64,000 nt of DNA from Piromyces finnis finn (lineage: Eukaryota; Fungi; Neocallimastigomycota): positions 682,001 to 746,000 of the forward strand of contig MCFH01000004.1 in NCBI GenBank assembly GCA_002104945.1, in the 5' to 3' direction. Positions 21,626 through 34,742 of the stretch are shown here, one piece after another. Both the position numbers and the translations under genes were made by a program. The notes under the pieces are model-generated. The model made no database searches and was not told the DNA's origin. It saw only the letters and a list, made by a program, of their open reading frames with translations. Position 1 is the stretch's first letter. Every line of letters begins with the position of its first letter.

Positions 21626-22579
21626 TTATAAAAACAAAAAATATCCAATAGTAAATAATATGATTGAAATAATGTAAAATCTATATTTATGCATAAATGA
21701 AGGTTTAGGATTAGTATTCAAAAGTATATTTTCGTACTTTTCATCATAGGATATATCCTCTTCCCTATCATTCTCTTTTTCATTCGATAACACTTTTAAA
21801 AAGCCTTCAAGTGATTTTTGATTAAATCGCTGATAATTTTTCTTTTTTAGTATTTTATGATCATAATCATATTTATCTGTAATTATTTTTCTATCCTCAT
21901 TTTTAAATCGGTGTAAATGCTCTTTTTCTTCTTCATCATCTAAAATACAATTTATAACACCTCTGGCATAGGTAATAGTTTCATCCTCCTCTTCTTCCTC
22001 ATCACTAAATACGTAACCACGTCTTATATAATAACGAGAATCATTGCAATCTAAATCATCTTGATTATCTCCTATTTCAGTCAACATTTCTGTATTAAAC
22101 AAATCATTATGAAATTCTGTATCAAATAAATCTGAATTATAATATTCTTGCTCTATTGATGATTGATAGTTGTCATTATCATTATAATAATTATCATGTA
22201 TGCTTTCATTCTGAGAATTAAGCTTTCTTTGTTGTTCCTCAATCAATTTTAACATATTTCCTTGTTTTATACAATCTTCACAATATTTTTCATATTCTTC
22301 ATTTGTTAAAAAATCTCTACTACTTTTTAAAATTTCATTATGAAGTAAATTTTTAATTTCAGGTAAAAAATTTTCTATTAAAATACAATCTTGATATTTA
22401 CAGATAGGACAAAGGAAAGAACAAGATTTTGTAAACCATGAACAAATACAATTAAAATGATATGAATGACTACATGATAAAGAAATGATTGATGGTATAT
22501 ATGATGGATAATTGAAATTACTTTCTTTTAATGATTCAAGACAAATAGTACATATAACTTCATTTTTATTATTTGACAT
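21626..22579 (-). CDS. Intronless RING-H2 protein with C-terminal transmembrane anchor (putative E3 ligase)
   Basis: 317-aa single ORF. N-terminal CTIC...LSCSHSYHFNCICSW...CPIC (C3H2C3), acidic middle region, C-terminal FYIISIILFTIGYFLFL. Confidence 0.88.
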   Translation of the reverse strand: MSNNKNEVICTICLESLKESNFNYPSYIPSIISLSCSHSYHFNCICSWFTKSCSFLCPICKYQDCILIENFLPEIKNLLHNEILKSSRDFLTNEEYEKYCEDCIKQGNMLKLIEEQQRKLNSQNESIHDNYYNDNDNYQSSIEQEYYNSDLFDTEFHNDLFNTEMLTEIGDNQDDLDCNDSRYYIRRGYVFSDEEEEEDETITYARGVINCILDDEEEKEHLHRFKNEDRKIITDKYDYDHKILKKKNYQRFNQKSLEGFLKVLSNEKENDREEDISYDEKYENILLNTNPKPSFMHKYRFYIISIILFTIGYFLFL

Positions 22580-23062
22580 TGTTATTTATAAAATAAATAG
22601 CTGGTATATAAATATATAATTATTGCTAATAAATAAATAAATAAATAAATAAAAATGATTTCTATAATAAATATTTTGAGATTTGACTATTTAAATTTTA
22701 ATTGATGATTAAATATTAATACTTGTTAACAATAATAAATAGAAAATAAAGTATATTATACATTATCATGTATTCCTATTATACTTTTTATATAATTATT
22801 ATTATTATTATTTAAAATAATAATTATAATTTTATAGTAATTTTGAACGTTATTTAATTGTAAGAATTATTATATTTACTAATTACATTTCAATTTCAAT
22901 TCTGATGAAAAATCATTGTTTTTACAGAAATTTCATTATAGGGTCCATATATTTATAATATTTATAATATAAATATTGAAATATTGTGTACTAATGAAAT
23001 TGCAATATAATATAAATATAGAAATAATTGTACTAATATAAATTGCAATATTAAGAGAAAAG

Positions 23063-23094
<32 letters not shown>

Positions 23095-23450
23095 GATTTA
23101 AAATCTTTGAATACTTTTGTATTTTCAAAAGTTATCAAACTTTAATTCATTATTACCAATAATAATTTGAGAAATTTTATATTTATTTTAATTTTATTTA
23201 TAAATATAAATAAATATATAGACAACAATACACTATAAAATTTAACAATACTTCAACAAAAAAAAAAAAAAAAAAAAGGTGAAATGATAAAATTATATAT
23301 ATATATATTATTCATATAATAAAACTTTATAATTCAAGATAATTATTTGAAAATAAGAATTAAAATTATTAAAAAAATACTAAATTCAAATATTTTATAT
23401 TTAAATATAACATTTTAAACAATTATACCATACACCAATAACTAGTATAT

Positions 23451-23583
<133 letters not shown>

Positions 23584-23676
23584 TATTCTTTACATAATAC
23601 TTTATAAACTTCATTTATAAATATATTATAAATACATTAAATTAAATGAAATTTATAAAACATTTTTTATACTATA

Positions 23677-24264
23677 TTATTCAATCTTTAATCTGACAAT
23701 ATCATTTTCAGTGACATTATAAACATGTTTACCAATAATTGTTCTTACATTTCTAATATCTTGAATTTCTGGACTTGCAAATTCAATATATGAATGTTGA
23801 TTATCATTTTTGTTTTCTTCACTATAATCATCATAACAATAAACTGAAAATTCATCCAAGATATCTTCTAATGGGTATTGGGTAATAAATGCTTCAGAAG
23901 GCTCATTTTCTTCAAATTCAGGTTCTGGTTCATACATTATTGATGTAACATATAGCTCTTTCAAATCTTCCTCGATATATATAGTATAATCTTTTTCTAT
24001 TTGATTCTCATCTTCATCCTCTATTTCTCTATAATATCTTTTTCCATTATATTCAATAACATAAAAGGATTCTTCTCTTCCTGTTCCTAATGTCCAATCT
24101 TTTAAATCTCTAAGTGTTTTACTTAAAGCTTCATCTGAAATTCCTTTTAAACTTATACTATTTAATGATTTTTTTTCTAATGTTTTATAAATATGAGGTT
24201 CCACTAAAGTATATTCTTTTCCTTCAATATACTTTTTAGGTGTATAATCTCTAATATTTTTCAT
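23677..24264 (-). CDS. Intronless 195-aa acidic hypothetical protein, bacterial-like (HGT candidate)
   Basis: Uninterrupted ORF with complex, globular-looking sequence (LYVTSIMYEPEPEF...FITQYPLEDILDEF...SYIEFASPEIQDIRNVRTIIGKHVYN). An open frame of this length and complexity is unlikely by chance in such AT-rich DNA. No eukaryotic family recognised. Confidence 0.8.
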   Translation of the reverse strand: MKNIRDYTPKKYIEGKEYTLVEPHIYKTLEKKSLNSISLKGISDEALSKTLRDLKDWTLGTGREESFYVIEYNGKRYYREIEDEDENQIEKDYTIYIEEDLKELYVTSIMYEPEPEFEENEPSEAFITQYPLEDILDEFSVYCYDDYSEENKNDNQHSYIEFASPEIQDIRNVRTIIGKHVYNVTENDIVRLKIE

Positions 24265-26268
24265 CTTACTTTGTTCCGATGTTATAAGAAATTATAATAT
24301 ATCTTTTATTTAATTATAAAACCGTACTTTCTTTTATTAATTTCCCATAATTTATTTATTATATAAACTTTAATAATTTTAATTTTTTTATTTATATTTT
24401 TATATGATAATTCTTTTTATAAAATATATATTTTCATATTATATTCTAGAATAATAAAATAATAATAATAAACCAGAAACTACTTCATTTATATATATTT
24501 TATTTTGAATAGTTTCTTACTTATTTCATTTACATTAACTTATTATTTAAATAAGTATATATTTTTTCTTTTCCATTTCCATATCCAATATAATATGCTA
24601 GAAATTAGCAGATATAATCAGTAATACACTAACTAACAACAAATCTATCCATAGCAGTTTTATTCTTCAAGTGAATTTGAAATTAGAAAAAGTATTATAA
24701 TAAAATTAATTAACCATATATGGAAGTTTTATTATTAATTGAAAGACACTTTTAATTATTAAAAAGTAATATAATAAAATAAATAAATATATTTAAACAA
24801 TAATTATTAAATGCAATATAATAATATACATATACAATTATAATCATATTCTTTGTTTTTAGTATCTACTCTTTCAAATATTTTTTATAAAAACAATCAT
24901 CATAACCTAATCTTTCCTCTATTTTAATAAAGAAAAATAATATTTAATAATATTATATTTTATATATTAAAACTATTATTTTTAGTAGATATAATTGCTA
25001 TTATTGATTATAATCATACCATGCTTTTTGCTTTATGATAACTTTGTATTCTTTGAAAACCAATTTCTTTCAAAGCCTTTTTTTTAATAGAAGAATCTAT
25101 TAAAATAAGAAACCTTTGATATAATTATTTTTTTTTAATAATTCGTATTAGTTTATTTAATTAATTTTTATATAACATTGTTTCACATTATATTTAATAT
25201 ATCGTGGCTTTTAGTAATAATTATTTTGGTAGTACAAAATTATAATATGACTTTACTCTTTTTATTTTAATAATATTATATTACTTTTTTACCGATGAAA
25301 TGTACTTAAAGATGCATAGAAATAAATAAAAACAAGTCATTCTATCTTAATTTTAATAAAGACAATCTAATGATTATTCATAATTATTAGTGGTAGGACT
25401 ATAACAACATGAATGTAACATATGAGCATGTTAAAAAATGAAATAATAGGAAATTAGTTTTATTAATTCATATAGATTTTTCATAATAGTATACATAGAA
25501 AAAGTAATAATTAAAGTTTGTTCTGTTACTCATAATATATTCAAATTGATTTATCTAATAATAATTATTAAACTAATTAAATTTAAAATATTATATTGTA
25601 TTTAAATTAATATTTTGAATATTAAGAGCCATGTAACATCATTATATTATATAAAACGAATATAAAAACTTTAATAATTAATAAAACATTATTTATTAAT
25701 ATTTACATAAAATAAATTAAAAACCTTTCAAAATTAATGTGACTTTATATATATGAGGCGTATGAAATACAATTGATAATCAATATAATTTATGTATAAA
25801 CATAGATTAAAGAAAAAGTATTCAAGATGTTTTAAACTCTTTTTTTTTATGTTCTATTTTAATCTTTATAGTATATATAATTTTTGTTTTAAATACTGAA
25901 ACAAACTTTTATTATTGTATATATTTAATTAAATATTACTAAATAAAGCTATATTACTAAAAAATAAAAGTTATTATTGTTTTTTTTTTTGATTATGAAA
26001 TATTTCAAACTATTAGATTGTATTTATTAAATGTAATTTTTTTTATTTAATAATACATTTAAATTGTCAATTAATGCTTTAAACAGGCTGGATGATTATT
26101 ACCAAGATAATAATAAATATCAATAAAAACGAAAATATGAATAATATTAGCTATTATTAAAGATTTTATATGTATAATCTAACTTTTAATGCAAGAAAAA
26201 AAAAGTAATTGAAAAATTCGAAAGGTAGGTATATTTTAATCTAAAACAAAAGTTCAAATCATGCGTAT

Positions 26269-26348
26269 ACACGTGAATTATAGAATATAATATTTATAAA
26301 TACTGAAACATGTGAACATTTCATTTCAATCATTAAAAAGTCACATGT
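26269..26348. promoter_or_regulatory. Cluster of three ACAYGTGA E-box-like sites
   Basis: ACACGTGA at 26269-26276, ACATGTGA at 26308-26315, TCACATGT (reverse complement ACATGTGA) at 26341-26348, in very AT-rich intergenic DNA. Confidence 0.45.
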
Positions 26349-26967
26349 ACGTATAGATATATGCACTAAAGGAATATGACACAATAATAAAAATAATTAT
26401 AGAAATAAATTAAAATTTATTGATTAAAAGAACAAAAGAATATTATTTCATTTATATAGTATATGATTAAAATATATGATTAATCTATTCATTTAATATT
26501 AATAATATATTGTTTTTTTGGGTTATTTATAAAGGTATTGAACGCTTTATACTAAAAATTTTCCCATTTTTAAATATAAAAAAAGTATTAGTAGAAATAT
26601 AATCCATTAATGTTTTAATTTTTGTTTAAAAAGAAGAAAAACTAAAAAAATAAATTAATAAATTTTAAAACTATTTAAATAAATAGAAAAGAATAATATT
26701 TTCATTTTATAAAAATAATATTATTATCTTTAAACAAAAAGAAATTATTGGTTGTAATAAACAATCTCTATTATTCTTTTATTTATTTTTAAAAGAAAAA
26801 GAAAAATATATTAGGTAATTATAGAAATATTTAAATTTATCTTATATACATTTCAAAGGTTAAGAAAATATTAACGGAAATTAACAATTTTTGTTATTAA
26901 TACTATTTATTATTTTATATAATTTTTAAAACGATGGAACGCTTAACTGATATCGCATTTATTTTAT

Positions 26968-27009
<42 letters not shown>

Positions 27010-27528
27010 TTTTTTTTAAAAAAATATAAAATATTTATTAAAAATACAATACTCTATGTATACTTAAAAAACATTAAAATAGTGTAATATATTTATATTA
27101 TGATAGCGTTTTAGTTTTTTTTTTTTGAAAATTCAAAAAAAGAAAAATTAAATCAATATCTTTAAAGATATATTGGTTTTAATTATTATTATTTTTAATT
27201 GAGTATATTTATTTTAAAATTTCAAATAATAATAATAATAACTTTAAAACAATTATATATATAAAAGCGGAAATAAAAAGAAATATTTTTTTTTAATTGT
27301 ATTAATTTAATTAGTTATTTCTCTCTATATTTTTAAGTTAAATTTAATTGTAATTTTTTAAGATTTGATAGTTTTGTCTTTATTATATATATATTTCTTC
27401 TTTATTTATAATACAGTTACGCTTTTACAATACAACAACAACTCATAAAATTAAAAAAAAAAAAAAAAAAATTATAATTTTGTTGATATTTATGTTAATA
27501 TAAAAATATATAAAATACACAAAACAAG

Positions 27529-28986
27529 ATGGATAGTCAAAAATCTGAATTTGACTTTGAATATCAAAACTCTCAATATGGTAGTATAGATAATTCAAAG
27601 CCATTAATATATCAAAAAAGTTATACATCTTCTATACAGTCACAACCATTTTCAAAAGTTAAATATGAAAGTTTAAATGAAATTCATTTAGATTTTTCAA
27701 AAGCCACATTTTTCAAAGATGGTCATAAAAGTGTTGGAAGTAATGGTAGCATAAACAATATTAATGGAAGTAAAAATTCAATTTTATCTTCATTATCAGA
27801 AAGTTTAAAGCAGAAAACAAAAAGTATTTCTTCAAACTTACCGGCTATCAATACGGATATTAATTCTTTAAATAAATCAAAAACTTCTCATACACCATCA
27901 ACAGACTCTACCATAGATTTACCTTTTCATAATAAAAATCTCCCAATTTCAATAGATACACCATTATCTGCTGTTAATTTATTTAAATCAATATTATCAC
28001 CAATAAGTAAAAATCAAAATGATTTTCAAGAAAGAGATATATCTTTTGATTATCAAAACGGATTTGTTGATAGTTTTGTTGATGATCAAAAGGATGATAC
28101 TCTAGCCGAAAATATTAATCCTAATATATCAATATTATCTTCTTCATCATTCGATTCAAAATCACAAACGTCAAACTTTAGAAGCTTCAAAACCTTTGAA
28201 CGTTTAAGAGATCAATTAGCACAAGAACAAATAAAGAATGAGACTCAGACTAGACATTTGAGGGAAAATATTATTCATAATCAATTTTCCGAACAATTTA
28301 GGAATGAATTTACTCATAAAGCACCTTCAATAAAAAGAGAAAATGCATTTTTAATTTCTTCCGGTAAAAATGATCCATTTAATCCTAATATTTTTTCCAA
28401 TGCAAAAACATCCCAAGAAGATGATGCAAATAATAACGAAAACCATTTCTTATCATCGGAGAGTAATGGTCATCATCGTAATAAACCCCTTAAATTTAAC
28501 TGGGCAATACAAACAGAATCTGAAAAATATATTAGTAAATTAGGTAAACAATAATAATAATAATAAATAAGTAAATAAATAAATACCATTATTTATTAAC
28601 ATTATTTTTTAAATCATCATATGATACAGAGTCAAAAATCAAAAAAATAAAAAAGGCGCCTAAAGAAATAATAGTGGAAATTCCAGACGATGGTAAAATA
28701 AAAGTTCATCATTATGTGTTATATATTTTTTTAATATAATAATTCTTATGAAATTTTATTATAATTTTTAGATTTTGATAATTATGCTTATGATTCTGTT
28801 ACTGAAGAATCAGAACTTTTATCAGACAGTGATTCAATTAATCAACCTTTAATTAGTCGTAGTGATGCTGGTAAGAAGTTAAGAAGAAGAAAGTACATTA
28901 TTCAAACATTGAGAGACAATAAAAATTTAATAATAGTTATTATACTAGCATTACTATTGGCTGTTATAGTTTTTCTTTTTTTATAA
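27529..28986 (+). CDS. Uncharacterised S/N-rich protein with C-terminal tail-anchor helix
   Basis: Long exon from 27529 to a GTAAAC donor near 28545, a short exon ~28631-28692, and a last exon ~28773-28986 ending KLRRRKYIIQTLRDNKNLIIVIILALLLAVIVFLFL*. Confidence 0.8.
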
Positions 28987-31966
28987 ATTAATAAAAATAT
29001 TAATTTATATTCAAATCCATTTATTAATATACCATCATAATTGAATCCTAATTCATTACTATCTTTTTATTTCAAAAACGAGCTAATCGAATAAACAAAC
29101 CTAAATATTTCACTTGACAGTAATAATAGCAACAATTAAATTAAAAATAAGCTAATTTAAAATGTTATAAAGAGAATTATTATTAGCCTACGATATTCAT
29201 TAGTGATATTTTTATTAATGGATAAAGCAACAATAATATGAAAAAAAAAAATCAATAATAAGATTTAATAAAAATAATAATAATTCAATTAATATATAAA
29301 AAAAATAATCACATTACAAAAAAAAAAAACAGAAAAAAAAAAAAAAAACGGAATAAAAATGTATGAAGAATTAAAGTAAAATACAAAAGTTTATAAATTT
29401 TTTTATTGTAAGATATTTCCATAATTAAAAAGTGGATATTAATAACAAAAACAAATAATAAAGAAAGGAAATGATTATTTATTTTAGATAAAATAAGTAT
29501 ATTTGTTCCTCAATATTTAATAATATATTATTATTTGAAAAGTAAAAAAAAAAAAAAAAAGAAAAAACAAAAACAAAAAAATTAAAATATTAAAAAGTAT
29601 TTTTTTTTTTTTAAAAAAAAAAAATCATATCATTACAATCCAACATTCATGCGCAAAAAGGAAAAGATAAAGAAGAGTTTCAAAATCGATTAAAAGGAAA
29701 TTCCTCTAATTAATAATATTTAATCCACTCGTTATTTCACCATAATAGACATTTTTTTTTATTGTAACATTAAAATTTTGTATTAAGAATAATTAATAAA
29801 TTAATTTTTTTAAAAAAAAAAAGGTAATAATCGTTAAACTATATGATATTTTATATTATAATTCTTATAATATAAATTCATTAAAAAGAAGAAAGAAACA
29901 ATTTCGTAATTATATCCTATCAATTATAATATGATACGTCAAAAATAAAATAAAATAAAATGAATAAAAACCCACATTATATTATGTCAATTATAATATA
30001 ATATTAAAATAAATGTACATTTTTATCTCTTTAAAACTAAAAAATAAGTAACAAAAAAAAAAAAAAAAAAAAAAAAAATAACAAAATAGTTAATAAATTA
30101 ATCATTCTTATTATTTTAGTATACCATAAAAGCAAAAACATTTTTCTTTAGAAATATATATATATATATATATATATATTAAGAAACCATAAGAAAAAAA
30201 AAATGAATTTAGATAATAGAGAATGAATAGTATTATTAATAAATATTTATAAAATCTAATAAAATAATGTGTAATAAAAAAATAAATAAATAAAAAAAAA
30301 AAACAATTTATTATAAAAAAGTAAAAAAGTAATAATATTTGTGGCTTTAAATAATTCATTACTTTTAATTGTCAATTCCATAATACTTTCATTTTATTTT
30401 AAAAGTTTGTTATTACGTTATTTGAATAAGTTTTTTCTTAATACTTTTCTTATTTAACATTTATAAAGATATTTACCAAGGGAAATACTAGTGATTCTTT
30501 CAAATGTGCCATTACTTGTGCTTTTGATAATTTGAAATTAATAATTAAAAAACTTTTATATAAAAAACAAATGTATCAATTATATATATTACAATATAAT
30601 GAAATAAATTAATTTTTAATCATATAAAATAGTATAAAATATGGGTAAATTTTTTTTAAAAAAAGAAGTTATTAATATTATATATTATATAATATAATAC
30701 AAATATACTTGTACATAGTACAATTATATATATATTTGAATTATTATAATTCAACAAGTTTATTTAATATTAAATAAATAAATAAAAAAAAAAAAAAAAA
30801 GATTTAATATATATAAAAGATATAATAAAATTTAAATATCAATATAAAGAAATATTTCTTAAATAATAACAATAATAATATATAATAATAGCAATATTTT
30901 ACAATACCAATAATTTAAAAAGTAAAATTCCTTTAAAAAAAAAAAAGGAATCAAAATTATTTCATAAGTAATTACGTATTTAATGGATGAATATGATTAA
31001 ACAATAATATACATAAATTGAATAAATTATACAAAACTAATTATCACCAAAGAAATACTATTACAAAGTAATATTTAATACTTTATTTTAATATATAAGA
31101 TGTTCAGAAATAAAATATTATATGGAAATAAAAAAAAGAGGGGAAGATATTGAATAAGTACTATTAACCAAAAAATAAATGATATTACTTGTGCTATGAG
31201 GAAAAATAAAGATAAAATAAAAAAAAAAGATTTTGAAAAACTATAAACCATTTTTATTTTTATCATTATATATTAAATAGATTAAAAAATAAATACATTT
31301 AGACTACTACCAATAATTTGCAACTTGTAATCAAATGTATAAACATTTATAATAATTAAAATAAGAATCAATTTATAATCTTAATAAGTATTATAGAAAT
31401 GATTTATTACTTATTAAAAATTATTAAAAGCCTCTACCTGTAAAACTATTGAGAGTAATCAATTAAAAGAAAGAAGAGTTTAAATATATTAATACATTGA
31501 ATATTGACGTCATCAAATATAGTTATAAATAAACTGAAATTTCGAATTTTATAACATTAATTTATGTACTTTTAATAATCATTGGAATTGAAAGAATATT
31601 TAAATATTAAATCTCATAATAATCACGAAGTTATTGAAACCAGCCAGTAAATTTATTAAACTCCATAGAAGAAGAAGAAAAAAAATTATAAAATATTAAT
31701 TAAAAAAAATGAAAATATAGAGGATGAAAATATAGAGATTATATTCCATATAATATTTTTTATTTCTACCTTGCTTCAAATTATTATTCCTTAAAATAAA
31801 TATAAATTAGTATAGTGGACTAACCTTTTTAAATATTAATATATATATATATTAATACATGTTTAATATATATTTTTTTATAACAAAATAAATTAAGATA
31901 ATTCAGATTCTTTCATAAAGAACTTTGTTCCTTATAAATTTACATTTAAATTCATATTAAAGTAAA

Positions 31967-34628
31967 ATGACAAATTGTACAATAACTTCTGATGAAATAA
32001 ATTATCTTATATATAGATATTTAGTAGAATCAGGTAAGGATATCAAAATTTTTACTTTAAAAAATAAAATATAACAATATATATATATGTAATTAAAAAA
32101 ATAATGAAATTCTTTTTTCAAATAATTTTATATATTTTTTATTTATCTATTGAAAAATAATATCTAATTCATGTTAAATATATACTAATATTTAACAAAT
32201 TCATAAAAACTAGGCTTCAAACATACCAGTTTTATGTTTCAACATGAAACGCATATATTACAAAATAGTAATATAAAAACTGAAAATGTTAAACCAGGAG
32301 CATTAATACATTATTTACAAAAAGGTTTATTATATACAGAAGTTGAATACCACGCAAATGAAGTAAATAATTAATATAGTCATTTAAATATTTATTATAA
32401 CATAACATGTTTTAAATAAACAATACCAATTTTACATTTTATTAAATTTCAATATTCTTTTTATATATAAAATTTGTAAAAAAAAAAAAAAAAAAAAAAA
32501 ACTAAACAAAACAAAAATCAAAATAATGATAATGATAACAATAAAAGGATGGAACTGAAAAACATTGTATAGCACCATTTTCACTATTAACACCACATCA
32601 TTGTAAAACAGAAGAAGATGATGACGATAAAGACAATAATGACACAGACTATTCCATTAATACCTCTCTCAATAATAAATTATCAAATAATAAAAGAAAT
32701 AGAAAGGAAAGAAAAAGCGATATAAAAAGAGAAAGAAAATCGGATAAAAGAATTAAAAAAGACAATGATGAAAGTACAAAAGATTCATTAAATGAGTCAG
32801 AAGATATTGAAGTTGACATTGAAAATAGTAATAATGAACAGGAAACTAATTTAATATCACAAAAGGATATTGTCAACTTTGTTGGTAATGATACTTCAGT
32901 ATATGTATGTTCTTGGAATCCAGTTGAGCCATTATTAGCTACAGGGTTAATATTTTAATATACTATTATATACATTATATAGTACATTTATAAAATTTTA
33001 TTTATAAAATAACATTTTATAAAAAAATTTTTTTTCAATAATAATTAATATTCAAAAATTCTATTAATTATTTATATATTATATATTATATATTATATAT
33101 TATATTATTATATAGTTCTAAAGGAACTGCTAGTATATGGACTGTACCGGAATCACCAAATGATCCAATAAAACCACCTATCATTCTTGACCATAAACAA
33201 GATAATAAAGAAGTTCCTGATGTAACATCTATAGAATGGAATGTAAGTTTAATAAATATAAATGTGTTTAATAAACGAATTGTAAGATAAATAATAAAAA
33301 TAATAATTTATATATGATAATTTTATGTTTTATATAATAATAAAAATAAATACTCAATGTTTGATAATAAATAGCCATCTGGCACATTATTAGCTACTGG
33401 GGCTTATGATGGACTTGCTAGAATATGGAATAAATCTGGTCAATTAGTACACGTCTTGAAAAAACACACCTTACCAATATTTTCATTAAAATGGAATTTT
33501 GATGGTAACCTCTTCTTAACAGCAAGTGTTGATAAAACTGTTGTTATATGGGATAGTAGAATGGGTGAATTCCGTCAACAATATAGTTTCCATTCAGGTA
33601 TATATTTAAATAATATTCATAGTAATTATTTCTTTCTTTTTATAGTTCATGCTTTAAATTAATATATATATATATTGTTTTTTTTCTTAATTATTAGGAC
33701 CTGTTATGGATGTTGATTGGAAAGATAATACCACATTTGCATCTTGTTCAACAGATAAACAAATTCTTGTATGCCAATTAGGATCTTTAAAACCTCTAAA
33801 ACGATTCATAGGACATGAAGTAAGAAATTTAAATAATTATAAAAAATTATAAAAAAGAATTTTTTATATTTAATTTAAATTAATAATATATATATATATT
33901 TATAGGATGAAGTTAATATTATAAAATGGGATCCAGAGAGCTCATTGTTGGCTTCATGCTCAGATGATAGAACAGCTTGTGTTTGGAGTTTAGATCAAGA
34001 TGATCCAATTTGTACATTAAAAGAACATAAGAAAGAAATATATACAATAAAATGGTGTCCAAATTCTACAAAGACTAAAATATTAGCAACGTAAATATTT
34101 TATCATAATAATTTATAAATGAATACTTTTTTTATAAATAATTAAATATTAAAATAATCCCATTTTTTTACCATAATAAAATTATATGTATAAATATAGA
34201 GCATCCTTTGATTGTACTATTAAATTATGGGATGTAATGAATAACATTTGTTTATATACACTTCGAGACCATAATGAAGCTGTCTATTCCGTTTCATTTA
34301 GTCCAAATGGATTATACCTTGCCAGTGGTTCATTTGACCAACACTTAAATGTTTGGTCTGTTGAGGTAAGTTAAAATTATAAAAGGAAATTTTGAATTTT
34401 AATAAAATAATGTAAATATAGATATATTAAATTTAAATTTCATTGTACATTAAAAAAATGTTAGACTGGTACATTAATGAAAACATATATTGGTGAAAGT
34501 GGAATATTTGAAACTTCATATAATAAGAAAGGAGATAAAATCGCAGTTTGTTTTGCAAATTGTGAAGTAAGTATAAATATATATATATATATAATTTATT
34601 TTAATCATTTTTAATATAAAATAAAAGC

Positions 34629-34659
<31 letters not shown>

Positions 34660-34742
34660 TTGATAATTTTTTTAAAATATATTTTTACCATTCTCACATT
34701 TAGACTGTTGTAGTATATTTAAATTTAGAAAATAAGCAATAA
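31967..34742 (+). CDS. TBL1: LisH/WD40 protein TBL1X/TBL1XR1 (Sif2-like)
   Basis: [31 protein letters not shown]...[20 protein letters not shown] (LisH/F-box-like), then WD40 repeats ([21 protein letters not shown]; [13 protein letters not shown]; [12 protein letters not shown]; [10 protein letters not shown]; [12 protein letters not shown]; [11 protein letters not shown]; [23 protein letters not shown]). About 10 exons. Confidence 0.95.

Noticed and set aside
31709-31737. 14-nt direct repeat ATGAAAATATAGAG x2 upstream of TBL1 (similar short duplication at about 6307-6340)
   Set aside because: Small slippage duplications are common in this AT-rich DNA; no evidence of function.
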